Assembly (NCBI GenBank): GCA_964016885.1
Contig: OZ024743.1
Span: 310,124,001-310,188,000 of the forward strand
DNA from: Eledone cirrhosa
Lineage: Eukaryota
Direction of reading: 5' to 3'
Length of the DNA stretch: 64,000 bases
The notes under the pieces are model-generated. The model was given only the letters and a program-made list of their open reading frames with translations, was not told the origin of the DNA and ran no database searches. Shown here piece by piece: positions 1 through 15,910 of the stretch; the first letter of the stretch is position 1; the number at the start of each line of letters is the position of its first letter. The translations under genes were made by a program, and so were the position numbers.

Positions 1-449
1 CACACATATACATACACATACATACATCCACATGCACACACATACAAACACACATACACATACATATACACCCACACACATAGAGAAATGGCCTCCAAAT
101 ATATATATATACATACATACACATATATTTTTTTCATAATATAAGAAGTTAGAACAGTGAAATTAAAATACAAGTCATTCTGATCACATTGAGTTCTTCA
201 TGTAGATTGGGCCCCGGAACCGACAGTAGTGAATTCTGTGTGCGCATATATATAAAGATATATGTGTGTGCACGTCCAGGGTTTAACATGGATGCGTTGG
301 TCACACAAAGGCATGGTCTGTCAACGAATAAACCTGATTCTACAGAATTGGTCTCTGGTCTTTAATAGTAGTGATAATTATATACATGCACACATACACA
401 CACATATCTGTCACTCCGTGCGTATGTGTGTTTATATTTTATGATAATT

Positions 450-950
450 CTATTGGGGTGATAACCCGTTTAGTTTTGGTTTAAATTTGTTAAGGAATAG
501 ATTTTCTTTTTTTATTCTTTGTTGCTGTGTGAACGAATATGAGCACTTGTAGAAGGGGAAGATTTTAAAGTTGGGTAGTGTCATCCCTGCGCAGTTCGCA
601 ATATGGCTGCTCAAGGGGATTTTTCTTGTGTTAGCGTCCCGGATTTGTTGGCGGTGGATGGTCATTCTTTTGCGTAATGAGGTGCCCGTCTGTCCTATGT
701 AGTTGTGTTTGCACCCACCGCAAGTTATTGCGTAAATCAAGTTCTCCGAGTTGCAGGTGAAATTGTTTTCTACTGTAAATGTTTGGCCATCTTTAAATGT
801 AAATTTTTGTCCTTCAGTGAGGTAGAGGCACGTTCCACAGTTTGTTCTACCACATTTGGTAACTGTAGGGCTGAGGATTGGTTTGGGTATATTTGGTCCA
901 GTGAGAATGTGTTTTAGTGATTTGGGTTGTCTTTTACTTTTAAGGATCTA
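450..950 (-). pseudogene. Neptune-like PLE, C-terminal Zn-linker and GIY-YIG endonuclease fragment
   Basis: ORF 450-740 (IYAITCGGC..NYIGQT..RMTIHRQQI..PLSSH) is a GIY-YIG with CCHH residues; upstream minus-strand sequence reads KCGRTNCGTC; similar to 6030-6429. Confidence 0.85.
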
Positions 951-1604
951 TAATTATCACTACTATTAAAGACCAGAGACCAATTCTGTAGAATCAGGTT
1001 TATTCGTTGACAGACCATGCCTTTGTGTGACCAACACATCCATGTTAAACCCTGGACGTGCACACACATATATCTATATATATATGCGCACACAGAATTC
1101 ACTACTGTCGGTTCCGGGGCCCAATCTACATGAAGAACTCAATGTGATCAGAATGACTTGTATTTTAACTTCACTGTTCTAACCTGTTATATTATGTAAA
1201 AAATATATGTGTATGTATGTATATATATATATTTGGAGGCCATTTCTCTATGTGTGTGGGTGTATGTATGTGTATGTGTGTGTGTGTGTGTGCATGTGAA
1301 TGTATGTATGTGTATGTATATATGTGTGTGTGTGTGTGTATGTATGTGTGTATCTGGATGTATGTGTATGTGTATATATGTGTGTGTGTGTGTTTGTATG
1401 TGTGTATGTATATATGTGTGTGTGTATGTATGTGTGTATATATATATATATGTGTATGTACATATATATATATATATGTATGTATGTGTGTGTGTATGTG
1501 TATGTATATATATATGTGTGTGTATATATATATATGTGTGTGTGTATGTGTATATGTGTGTGTGTGTGTATGTGTGTATGCATATGTATGTGTGTGTGTA
1601 TGTA

Positions 1605-1635
<31 letters not shown>

Positions 1636-1956
1636 GTATGTATATGTATATGTATGTGTGTGTGGATGAGGGTATGTGTATATATAGGTGTAAGTTTACT
1701 AAATCCCTTTCTATCACTCTCCCCTCTCCTACCGACCACATGGAGATATATGTATGTATATTGCTTCCACCCCCTCACTGACCAGCAGCTGGCTGTCTGG
1801 CCATTGCTCAATTTGACCTTTAAAAAAACCACTCCCCACAAATAATTCTTCATTCACTACCAGAAAGGGACACACAGCAGTCAACTTGTTTCTCAGAAAC
1901 AAAATGGCGTAGGACAGAACAAAGGAGAGGCACAAAAACAAAGAAAAGAATCCCCA

Positions 1957-1999
1957 GTCACTGATGAGGTTACAGAATGTGTGACGAAAGAACTTTGAC
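1957..1999 (+). ncRNA. Type I hammerhead ribozyme
   Basis: gtca-CTGATGA-g-gttac/gtgac-GAAAG-aa-CTT-tgac; stems I and II pair. Confidence 0.75.
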
Positions 2000-2194
2000 A
2001 ATATATAAACAACTATATGTTTGTGGAACCAACCAACCAGCCAGAAATTTATAAATTTATAAATTCCTAAATTTATAAATTTATTATAATAAATTGAAGT
2101 GAAAGCAACTGGTGCGTGTGTTTCTATTTGTCAACATGACCCTCCCAAAGTATAACAATATATATATATATTTATATATATATATATATAGATT

Positions 2195-2289
<95 letters not shown>

Positions 2290-2292
2290 ATT

Positions 2293-2363
<71 letters not shown>

Positions 2364-2379
2364 GTATTTGTATATATAT

Positions 2380-4829
<2,450 letters not shown>

Positions 4830-4929
4830 TATATTTATATAAATATATATATAAATATATATTTATATAAATATATATATAAATATATATTTATATAAAT
4901 GTATATATAAATATATATATATATATATT

Positions 4930-4960
<31 letters not shown>

Positions 4961-4994
4961 TTAAATAAGTATATATATAAATATATATATATAT

Positions 4995-5039
4995 TTCGTT
5001 TCTGAATTTGTTATTGGCAACATGACCCTCCCAAGGTAT

Positions 5040-5045
<6 letters not shown>
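4995..5045 (+). repeat. Solo PLE 3'-terminal fragment in (TA)n
   Basis: caacatgaccctcccaaggtataacaa matches the terminus at 2132-2158. Confidence 0.7.
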
Positions 5046-5074
<29 letters not shown>

Positions 5075-5078
<4 letters not shown>

Positions 5079-6626
5079 TAAACGGAATAGAAAATGCTGA
5101 CAAATTGTTCACAGTTGAAAAATGGTTTAATTAGGAATAAAAGAGTATTAGTGATTGTATGGGTTAGTATTCAGTTGTGGTTTTAAGTTTTTAAGTTTTT
5201 ACCGGTTGCGCATTTCTAAATGCTTTTCAAAAATAATTTTGAGATAGAGTGTCCGTGCTGTTTGCTCTGATCTGATTAGTTTTGGGAATTCTACCTGTTT
5301 TTATGTTAAAAAAGTGGCTCCAGCGTTATTTTTGTGTTGCAAATATTTATCAGATAATTGCAAATATTTATCAGATAATTGGAAACGCTACTTGGATGAT
5401 TGTCTCATTCTTTGGCCCCATACACTCGACCAACTGAATGATTTCAAAAATTTAATAAACGGCATCAATAACCACATCCAATTCACAATGGAATACAGCC
5501 AAGATCAACTCCCATTTCTGGACATCTTAATCTTAAAAAAAGACACAAATATTGAAACTGACACACACTACCAACCAACAGATTCCAAACAATGCCTGCT
5601 ATTCACCTCCAACCATCCAAAGCACACCAAGACGAACATTCCTTTTAACCCAGTAAGAAAAATTTGCACAATTGTCTCCAATTATGAAACGCGAAATAAA
5701 AAACTTCAAGTATTAAAGGAAATTCTACTCGAAAGACAGTACCCACCATTACTGATAAATAATGGCATAGAAAGGGCTAAATTAATAGGCATTCATGAAT
5801 TACAAAAAACAGATACAATATTCTATCATATATCTCAACAAACAACCCAAGAAATGCGGAAGCTTACAACATTATTCACAAAAAACATCCCACTACTGAT
5901 ACAAGACCCAAGAATGAAAAAAGCCCTTGAAAAACACAAAATAATCAAAAGAAAAAGACAACCGAAATCACTGAAAACATTACTCACCAATGCCAAATTA
6001 CCTACTACAGACCCACAACCAACTGTCAAAAAATGTGGTCGCTCTAATTGTGGCACCTGCACTCACCTCATTGAAGGCAACAAGTATACATTTAAATCAG
6101 GAGAAAATGTTGGTGTAAAAAATCACTTCACTTGCTCATCGAAAAATCTACTTTATGCCATTAAATGAAAAGGATGAAATGAAGATTATATAGGACAAAC
6201 TAAACTCACACTCAGAAATAGAATGACAGTTCATCGCCAACAATTACGAGATCCAACCACGAGACAGATACCACTAAGCGCACATCTAGACATTTGCGCA
6301 AGTAATAAGACACCCAAATTCCAAGTCTTCCCATTTTGCATTTGCGCTGACAATACAACAGAACAAATACGAATAAATAAGGAAAATATGTTTATTCAAA
6401 AATATAAACCAGCATTAAATATGGTTTAATATACATTATGTCAACACCATGACATGCTAACCATCCAAACAGACACATACACACACATAACACCTTCTAC
6501 TTTAGAAAATAAAAACCCGAACTAAATAAACCTTAACATACGTTTGCGCTGAGAATACAACAGAACAAATACGAATAAGTAAGGAAAATATGTTCATTCA
6601 AAAATATTCCTAACGGAATCATTTTC

Positions 6627-6667
<41 letters not shown>

Positions 6668-7522
6668 ATATATTCTCTTCATCTTAACATGCTAACCATA
6701 CTCCCACACACACATAACACCCATACACACACACATAACACCCACCCCCACACACATACACAACTCCCTCCCCCATTTCTACTAATAAAATCACTTCCCG
6801 ACACACACACACATACACACATAACACCCATATACACACACACGCACACACACACACACGAATAAACATACATATATCTACTTTATCTCAATAGAAAATC
6901 GGAAATCTGACACCCCAGCGAACTAGCCATATTCACTGAACCAGAACAATTCTCCCATCCCATTTCCCTTGACCATTCATTTGCTCGTCATAAAATTCTC
7001 TAAATGGCTACAAAATAAATAATACGGGCGCGAATTTTAATGAACTTGTTCACGTGACAGCCATAATTTCATTTATAACCAATCAGATTGCATTTTTTAA
7101 GAAAAAGCCTTCGTGAACCACACTTTTTTAAGTAAAAAGTAATTCAAACACTCATATTTGAAAATAAAAACCTGAGTTTGAAGAACTTTGTAACGCGAAC
7201 AGGCGGGAAATTTATTATATTTATTGAACAACCAATTAAATTACGTCTCTAAATACCTGGCGTTTGGAGTCACTTTTTCCATTCAAGTAACAGTCAAAGA
7301 TCAACCAGATGTGAGAAAAACCACAAACCCTCCATTACAACTCTACTTTTGAAAAGCAGAAGAACTGCGAAACCGGTAAAGGAACCAAATATATATATAT
7401 ATATATATTTTTTTAAATAAGACTCCAGTTGCATTTTCGATTTCATATTTTTTTCTTTATACTTTCACTCGTGTAGGACACCTCGGTTATTTTTCATTCT
7501 GTAAAAAAACTTCACTTTCTAA
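5075..7522 (+). mobile_element. Decayed Neptune-like PLE (RT C-terminus/thumb, Zn-linker, GIY-YIG, pLTR)
   Basis: ORF 5314-6168 WKRYLDD..LPFLD..PTD..SNHP..KCGRSNCGTC; ORF 6223-6429 endonuclease C-terminus; stops between them. Confidence 0.9.
7346..7381 (+). ncRNA. Hammerhead ribozyme variant with U3-A8 core
   Basis: ctt-TTGAAAA-gcag-aagaa-ctgc-GAAAC-cg-GTA-aag; palindromic ACCGGT. Confidence 0.55.
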
Positions 7523-7749
7523 TATATATTTATATATATATTTATATATATTTATATATATTTATATATATTTATATTTATATATATATTTATATATATA
7601 TATATCTATTTATGTATATATTTATATACATTTATATATATATTTATATATATTTATATTTATATATATATTTATATACATTTATATATATATTTATATA
7701 TATTTATATTTATATTTATATATATATATATATTTATATATATTTATAG

Positions 7750-8668
7750 ATAATTGTTCTGCATCCCCTTGCATTGAACCATAAAGTTACCAAGACAAAA
7801 CCTATATATTTGCTAGCTACACTAATATACTAGTAGATATACTAATTCTTTATAATTATCTCCAAATTATTTTGTTGTGCAAATATTTGCCAAAACTGCT
7901 ACTATAGTTCATAGTAATGGCTCGGCTACTGTCTTTTTAACACCCCACTCTTCACTGATTATCCTCGATGTCACGTGATTGATTCTTTCTAATTTGTCAC
8001 CGACCAAGTAGGCAGTGATTTTTTTCAATGTCTTGGAATTTAGTCCACGCTTGCTTTTTTCCATCCACTGAATTATTTTTGTATAAGTTCCCTGTGTCCA
8101 CGCTTCGCCTGGTAACTTAGCTGAGAACATACTTCCTGATGACGAAACAGCTTCTCCATGCTTTCCATTTGGAAACCATGTTTATTCCCTTTCAGAAACT
8201 AATTAGTTGGAGGAAATTTTAGTAAGTAAGTTCATTTTTATAATTTTCTTATTTTACGTCTTTCATATAATTGTTCTGCATGCCCTTGCATTGAATCACA
8301 AAGTTACTAAAACAAAACCTATATATTTGCTAGCATAGGTATGCATCTGTATATATATGTTGGTAGATATACTAATTCTTTACAATTATCTCCAAATTAT
8401 TTTATTGAGCAAAAATTTGCCAAAACTGCTACTATAGTTCATAGTAATGGCTCGGCTACTGCCTTTTTAACACCCCACTCCTCACTGATTAACCTCGATG
8501 TCACGTGATTGATTCTTTTGAATTTGCCACCAACCAAGTAGGCAGTGATTTTTTCTCCATGCTTTCCATTTAGAAACCATGTTTATTCCATTACAGAAAC
8601 TAATTAGTTGGAGTGAAATTTTAGTAAGTAAGTTAATTTTTATAATTTCCTCATTTTACATCTTTCAT
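7750..8668 (+). mobile_element. ~530-nt HHR-containing non-coding tandem repeat (family A), ~1.7 units
   Basis: 7750-8268 repeats at 8268-8668 with an internal deletion; HHR at 8131-8212; homologous to 20128-22017. Confidence 0.8.
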
Positions 8669-8819
8669 ATATTTATATATATATATATATATTTATATAT
8701 GTATTTATATATATTTATATTTATATATATATTTATATATATTTATATTTATATATATATTTATATATATATTTATATATATATATATAATTATATATAT
8801 ATTTATATATATATATAAA

Positions 8820-11650
8820 TATATTAATTTTGCGAGGTTTTTTTATATGAAATCGTGTGTCTAAACAAATATTGATATACTTGGGGAGGCTCATATTTGT
8901 GTAATAATATTGCCAGAATTAATAACAGAACACACCCACTATTTGGTTGGTTTTCGCTCATGTGTCTTTTATATCGGTTAATTTAATTTATTCGGTCCCC
9001 AATGTTACCATTGACTGACCAACGGTCAAAAATACAGATACAATATAGACACAAACACATATATATAGTCTAACAAAGTTCTTTCGTTGCACATCTGCAA
9101 CATCGTCAGTGGTGCTATTATGTTTCCTCCCGTTGTATTGTATGCCTACGCTATCTTTATTTAGTCTGTTTATTTATTTATTTTTTTGTCTTCTCTGCGC
9201 ATGCGTTTGCGTGTGTGTATAGTGTTTTGTTTGATGTGTGTTCGTGTTTGGGTGACTGTGTATTGGTTATTGTATTCTATCTTAGTTTACTAGTGTGTGT
9301 TTATATGTGTTTGTTGTTATTGTGCTTGTGTAAATATTTATTTATTTATACTTCTCTTAGGTCAGTGTTGTTTGTTTGGGTATTGTTGTTATTCCTTTCA
9401 TTTTTTCTGTTTAGCCTTGGCTTTCTAAGTTCTATTTCGCTGGCCTCTCTGATTTGCCTATCTGCTGGGTCATTTCTATGTTTAGATATTATTCTAATTT
9501 CTATGTTGTCTATGTTACCGTCATGTTGTTGTCTGGCATGTTCGCCTGGAAAAATGTGTGGAGATGATCATTGAGAGTGAGGTGGTGTTCTGCGACGTCG
9601 ACACAGACGAACTGGGCCTCCTACTTAGACTTACCTATGAATCTGACTACCTACACAGCATGACATTAGACATTTCTTCCCCAGTAGACCCATAAGAGGT
9701 AGACCCCGCCACTATAACCTCAATGGCAAAAAGGAATCCCATGGGAAGGTGGATTGGGTGGACCAAAGCGATACGGACCCCCCAAAATAATGATCAGGTA
9801 AGAAAAATGGTCGCACATGCAATAGGGGCTAGTATCAAAACTATCATAAAGGACCACATATTCAAATTCAACGAGAAGATCTACACCCAAAATGTGGGGG
9901 CAGCCATTGGCGTCAGCGTAGCTGGTGACGCTGCCAACCTTTTTATGGTATGGTGGGAAAAGAGACTAAAAGATCTCCTTGATGAGAGCTCCATAGACCT
10001 CATCATGTACTCTCGTTACGTAGAGGACATCAATATAGCAATAAGCATATCCCCACAAGAGAGTACTAACAAGTTTGATTTAGAACATAGCACAATGGAA
10101 AGCATCCAGAAGATAGCTAATTCCATACACCAGAGTATAACTCTAACTATCGACTACCCTTCCAAACCCCCTAACAATAGACTACCTGTATTAGACACGG
10201 AACTCTGGATTAACACTATAGACGAGAGAGCCCAAATTCTCCACTCACACTATGCTAAACCCATGGCCTCCAAATACCTGATACTCAAAAACTCAGCAAT
10301 GTCGAGTAGTGCTAAGTTTAATATTCTGATCGCAGACTTGGTACGAGTGATGAAGAACATGTTCCGCATGAGCGACCCAACAGAAATGGAAAGCCACATC
10401 CAACACTTCATCAACCGCATGCAGTTCTCTGGCTACAACCAAAGAGACAGAATCAGAGTATACAAAGGAGCCGCGGAGAAGACCCTCATAGAACTGGACA
10501 TGAAAGGAATTTGCCCATTATACAGGAGAAAATCATGGAATAGCTTAGATAGGACTAGACATAAGACAGGGAAAGCCACCTCATGGTACGACAACCAGAG
10601 ATACCAGAGTGTCATGTTTGTGGACGCTATCCCTGGAGGGAAATTAGTTAATCAGTGTAGAAATGCCCTGAGAAAGACCCACTTAAAGAATAAGGTGGTA
10701 GAAAAGCCAGGAACCACCATAAAATCCCTGATTAGCAAAACCTACCTTTTTAAGAAAACCCACTGTACTAATAGGAAATGTATTATATGTAAAGTAAACC
10801 CCCGGATAAACTGTAAAACTAGAAACGTAGTCTATAACATTAGATGTACAGAGGGAACTTTCAGAAACATGACAACAACATACATAGACGAGACAGCTTG
10901 TAGCATAGGTGAAAGGATAGACCAACACTGGGGTGAAATAAAAGGACGAAAAAGACGGTTCAGTACTATACGAACATGCCAGACAACAACACAACGGTAA
11001 CATAGACAACATAGAAATTAGAATAATATCTAAGCATAGAAATGACCCAGCAGATAGGCAAATCAGAGGGGCCAGCTAAATAGAACTTAGAAAGCCAAGG
11101 TTAAACAGAAAAAATGAAAGGAATAACAACAACACCCAGACAAACAACACTGACATAAGAGAAGAATAAATAAATAAATGAATACATACACAAGCACAAT
11201 AACAACAAACACACATAAACACACACTAGTAAACTAAGATAGAATACAATAACCAATACACAGTCACCCAAACACGAACACACATCAAACAAAACACTAT
11301 ACACACACGCAAACGCATGCGCAGAGAAGACAATAAATAAATAAATAAATAAACAGACTAAATAAAGATGGCGTAGGCATACAATACAACGAGAGGAAAC
11401 ATAATAGCACCACTGACGTTGTTGCAGATGTGCAACGAAAGAACTTTGTTAGACTATATATATGTGTTGTGTCTATATTGTATATGTATTTTTGACCGTT
11501 AGCCAGTCAATGGTAACATTGAGGACCGAATAAATTAAATTAAACGATATAAAAGACACAGAAGCGAAAACCAACCAAACAGTGAGTGTGTTCTGTTATT
11601 AATTCTGGCAATATCATTACACAAATATGAGCCTCCCCAAGTATAACAAT
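8820..11650 (+). mobile_element. PLE of a third clade (possibly Nematis-like): inverted 3' arm 8820-9545 plus 5'-truncated sense arm
   Basis: ORF 9723-11000 with RT motifs (QNVGAAIG, SRYVED, LPVLD, YAKPMAS), CxxxxCxxC linker and GIY-YIG (VVYNIRC..YIDET); arms are reverse complements; HHRs at 9073-9113(-) and 11409-11449(+). Confidence 0.85.
9723..11000 (+). pseudogene. PLE RT-thumb-GIY-YIG ORF remnant (YVDD degenerated to YVED)
   Basis: 425-aa ORF, frameshifted near the C-terminus. Confidence 0.85.
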
Positions 11651-11699
11651 ATATAAATATATATTTATATATATATATAAATATTTATTTATATATATA

Positions 11700-14067
11700 T
11701 ACACACTTCAAGAGTAACCAATCTTAAAGAGAGAGATGGAGATAGGAGAGGAGATATGAGAGGAGAGATTGGTGAATTAGTTAGAAGCCAAAGCGTAAAG
11801 GCATGTGCTCAATGTGTAATATGCAGTAGAAAGCAGCTAAGTGGCTGAGTTCATGCAGAGGTTAGGCGCGCAGAGCTGGAAATATTCATTAGTTAAGCAA
11901 AACAAGACCACACATTTTACAAGGAAGATATTATTAAAAGATTGTCAACATATTTTAGTTTGATGTAAGGAATGTAGAGAATAATAATAATAATATTAAT
12001 AATAATGGTTTCTACTTTAGGCACAAGGCCAGCAAATACCCAGTGCATTACTGGTACTTTATTTTATCGACACCGTAAGAATGAGAGGCAAAGTCAACCT
12101 CGGCAAAAATGTCCGTTTACAATTGTTTCGCTACTCCATATAATATTTCTGGATCAGATGACTATATATCATTATTGATCTGGTTCAGTTGAAAATAATT
12201 AACATATTTAAAAACAGAGCGGCTCATCGGAACTTCAAAGGAATATAAATTAAAATAAGGAGAGAATGTTACATAATGTAATGTTCCATATATTGTTATT
12301 TCACTATCGTGTCCTGGTTGTATCAATTGTCCGCCATAATCAAGCAGTATTCATCTGTCGAGGCTACATTGTGTGAGATCTGACTATGGGTAACAAGATG
12401 GCCGCCAAAGGACATATTTACCTTACTAATTAGAGGGTGGTTTCAGGGGAAGTAACTCCTCGAGAGATTAGAAATTGTGGGTAGTTTATAGTTAAGTGCT
12501 AATTTTAAAATTTTTTAATTGAGAGACAATGTAGGGGAGGTAACTTATAATTATCTAAGTTAGTTATAGCTATTTAATTTATTAGCTACAAGTAAAAATG
12601 GGGCTAGATGACTATGTTGGGTCAAATATTCTATTAGTGAAGGAATTAGCCCTTCGATGTTGACAGCTAATAGTTACCTCCGTTCTATCGGTAATCGGTA
12701 GAGGTCGTGATAGAGTTATGTAAAATGCTTCGGTAATACAGAGATCACAAGATTTTCTAGCACTGACCAACCGCTTAGGTTAAACTACCCTACTCACAGT
12801 AACCGCAGAAGCAACTGCAACTGCCGTTACCCTAATGCATGCCCATTAAATGGACACTGCCTGACACCCAACATAGTCTATAGGTGCACGCTTAAAACTG
12901 CTTCGAATACCAGCTCCTATATCGGGTCTATCTCTAACCCTTTTAAGGTACGCTATAACGCGCACACTTTTTACTTCCGAGACCCTAGCAACAGATGTTC
13001 GACATCTCTAGCAAGAATCATTAAAAACCTTAAACTAAGCAACTTTGAACACTCACTAACATGAGATATCGTAGCTAGGGCCCAACCGTGCAATGGACGA
13101 AGAAATTCTTGTGATCTCTGTATTACCAGAGCATATTACATAACTCTATCACGACCTCTACCGATTAACGATATAACGGAGGTAACTATTAGCTCTCAAC
13201 ATCGAAAGGCTAATTCCTTCGCCAATAGAATATTTAACCCAACATAGTCATCTAGCCCCATTTTTACTTGTAGCTAATAAATTAAATAGCTATAACTAAC
13301 TTAGATAATTATAAGTTACCTCCCCTACATTGTCTCTCAATTAAAAGAATTAGCACTTCTTAACTATAAACTACCCACAATTTCTAATCACTCGAGGAGT
13401 TAGTTCCCCGGAAACCACCCTCTAATTAGTAAGGTAAATATATCCTTTGGCGGCCATCTTGTTACCCATAAGCAGATCTCACGAAATGCAGCCTCGACAG
13501 ATGAATACTGTTGGATTATGACTGACAATTGATACAACCAGGACACGATAGTGAAATACCAATATATGGAACATTACATTATGTAACATTCTCTCCGTAT
13601 TTTAATTTATATTCCTTTGAAGTTCCGATGAGCCGCTCTGTTTTTAAATATGTTAATTATTTTCAACTGAACCAGATCAATAATGATATATAGTCATCTG
13701 TCCAGAAATATTATATGGAGTAGCGAAATAATTGTAAACGGACATTATTATTATTAATATTATTGCTGGATTGGCAGTATCGGTAGAGGGTCGGACGCCA
13801 TGCTTTCCAGCATAGTTACGTCCCTTTACGATCTGAGTTCAAATCCCGCCGAGGTTGCCTTTGCCTTTGATCCTTACGGGGTTGATAAAATAAAGTACCA
13901 GTAATGCACTGGGTAATTGCTGGCCTTGTGCCTAAAGTAGAAACAATTATTATTAATATTATTATTATTATTCTCTACATTCCTTACATCAAACTAAAAT
14001 AAGTTGACGATCTTTTAATAATGCCTTCCTTGTGAAATTTGTGGTCTTGATTTGCTTAACTAATGAA

Positions 14068-14070
<3 letters not shown>
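11700..14070. mobile_element. Hydra-like PLE family H2, tail-out inverted pair (junction ~12760)
   Basis: Right arm encodes a decayed CNCRYPNACPL/GIY-YIG; arms complementary; HHR-like motifs at 12115-12233(-) and 13622-13739(+). Confidence 0.85.
13762..13955 (+). mobile_element. Octopus-type tRNA-derived SINE nested in the PLE pLTR
   Basis: A-box-like TGGCAGTATCGG, B-box GAGTTCAAATCC, core CTTTGCCTTTGATCCTTACGGGGTTGATAAAATAAAGTACCAG, tail GGCCTTGTGCCTAAAGTAGAAAC(ATT)n; family recognised from memory. Confidence 0.75.
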
Positions 14071-14125
<55 letters not shown>

Positions 14126-14469
14126 AATATATATGTATATACATATTTATTTAAATATATATTTATATATATATTTATATAAATATATATTTATATTTAT
14201 ATAAATGTATATTTATATTTATATATTTATATATATATTCATATAAATATATATTTAAATATATATTTATATAAATATATATTTTTATATATATATTTAT
14301 ATATATATTTATATATATATATATTTATATATATATAAATATATATATAAATATATATATATATATATTTATATATATATTTATATATATATATAAATAT
14401 ATATATATATATTTATATATATTTAATAGGGTACATCAAAATTATTTATAAAACTGTTTATATATTGTA

Positions 14470-14530
14470 TTTTGTCTGATGAAGGCATACCATATTTTAA
14501 TTTGGTATCCCTGAAATATGTATAATGAAA
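14470..14530 (+). ncRNA. Type I hammerhead ribozyme in a ~150-bp solo insert (14425-14575)
   Basis: ttttgt-CTGATGA-aggcatacca/tggtatccct-GAAAT-atgt-ATA-atgaaa. Confidence 0.7.
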
Positions 14531-14821
14531 TAAATATGTTTTTATAAATATAGTATCCATTTATTAATAACGTATATGTATATATATATATTTATATATA
14601 TATATTTATATATATATATTTATATAAATATATATTTATATATATATATAAATATATATTTATATACATATATATATAAATATAAATATATATTTATATA
14701 TATATATATATAGATATATATATAAATATATATCTATAAATATATATTTATATATATATATATATAAATATATACTTATTTATATATATAAATAAATATA
14801 TATTTATATATATATATATAA

Positions 14822-14909
<88 letters not shown>

Positions 14910-14914
<5 letters not shown>

Positions 14915-15235
14915 CACAAACGGAGAAAGCTAATAGCGATACTCCGGCCAAATTCCAACTTACTCAACAAAAATTAGGAAATACCTGAGTATATTCATAA
15001 TTAAACGTTCGCAGTGCTAACTAATTGTGTTCTGTGGAAAATTGGCTGTATCATATCAAATATATCTCTTCCCTGCGGACGTCTCGTTTCATTATAAGAT
15101 TTCTACAATTTGGGTGAAATTATACCATTTTATATAGAAGCTTGTATCAGATGAACAGATACTTATTCAAGTGGGCTCTTATAATTCTTCAGTGGGGGCC
15201 CAATAATAATAATATTCATAACCAAATCAACATAA
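14910..15235 (-). repeat. Diverged fragment of the ~720-nt repeat family D
   Basis: Shares GTTTCATTATAAG..TTTCTACA, TAGAAGC and CAGTGG blocks with 37200-37500 and 51128-51450. Confidence 0.6.
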
Positions 15236-15334
15236 ATATATATATAAATATATATTCATATATATATATACATATTAATATATATTTATATATATATATA
15301 TACATAAATATATATTTATATATATATATATATT

Positions 15335-15393
15335 GAGTCCAGAATTAACCGTCGAAACGGCTTGAGATCAGCTGTCGGTGTCTTACTGGTTCC

Positions 15394-15425
<32 letters not shown>

Positions 15426-15868
15426 TGTATTTTTATATATATATATATAAGTATATATTTATATATATATATATAAATATATATTTATATATATCTATAA
15501 ATATATATTTATATATATATCTATAAATATATATTTATATATATATCTATAAATATATATATATATATATCTATAAATATATATTTATATATATTTCTAT
15601 AAATATATTTTTATATATATATATAAATATATATTTATATATATATAAATATACATTTATATATATATAAATATATATTTATATATATATACATATATAT
15701 TTATATATATATAAATATATATTTATATATATATAAATATATATTTATACATATATATATTTATATAAATATATATTTATATATATATATATTTTTATAT
15801 AAATATATATTTATATATATATATATATTTATATAAATATATTTATATATATATATTTATATATATAT

Positions 15869-15910
<42 letters not shown>

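Larger units (their letters stand above)
1..2158. mobile_element. Neptune-like PLE insert: minus arm (to ~950) plus inverted 3'UTR/pLTR arm (~950-2158) with internal TG/TA microsatellite
   Basis: ~70-380 is the reverse complement of ~950-1260; right arm ends ATGACCCTCCCAAAGTATAACAA then (TA)n. Confidence 0.75.

Noticed and set aside
1187-1853. Long ORFs rich in Y/I/H/T/V/C here and across all TA and TG tracts
   Set aside because: Translations of stop-free microsatellites, not proteins
6166-6180. Two nearby TGA codons at Cys-like positions of the Neptune-like endonuclease (selenocysteine, as in some Naiad PLEs)
   Set aside because: The copy is otherwise decayed, the homologue at 450-740 has ordinary Cys codons, and no SECIS was recognised; a family consensus would settle it
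7909-8130. 73-aa ORF antisense to family A
   Set aside because: Frame is broken in other copies (45708-45976, 20-21 kb) and has no recognisable motif; a consensus-level test was not possible
8820-14070. DNA transposon or MITE interpretation of the long inverted arms
   Set aside because: Arms are 3' ends of RT/GIY-YIG elements of unequal length, a known PLE insertion pattern; no transposase present
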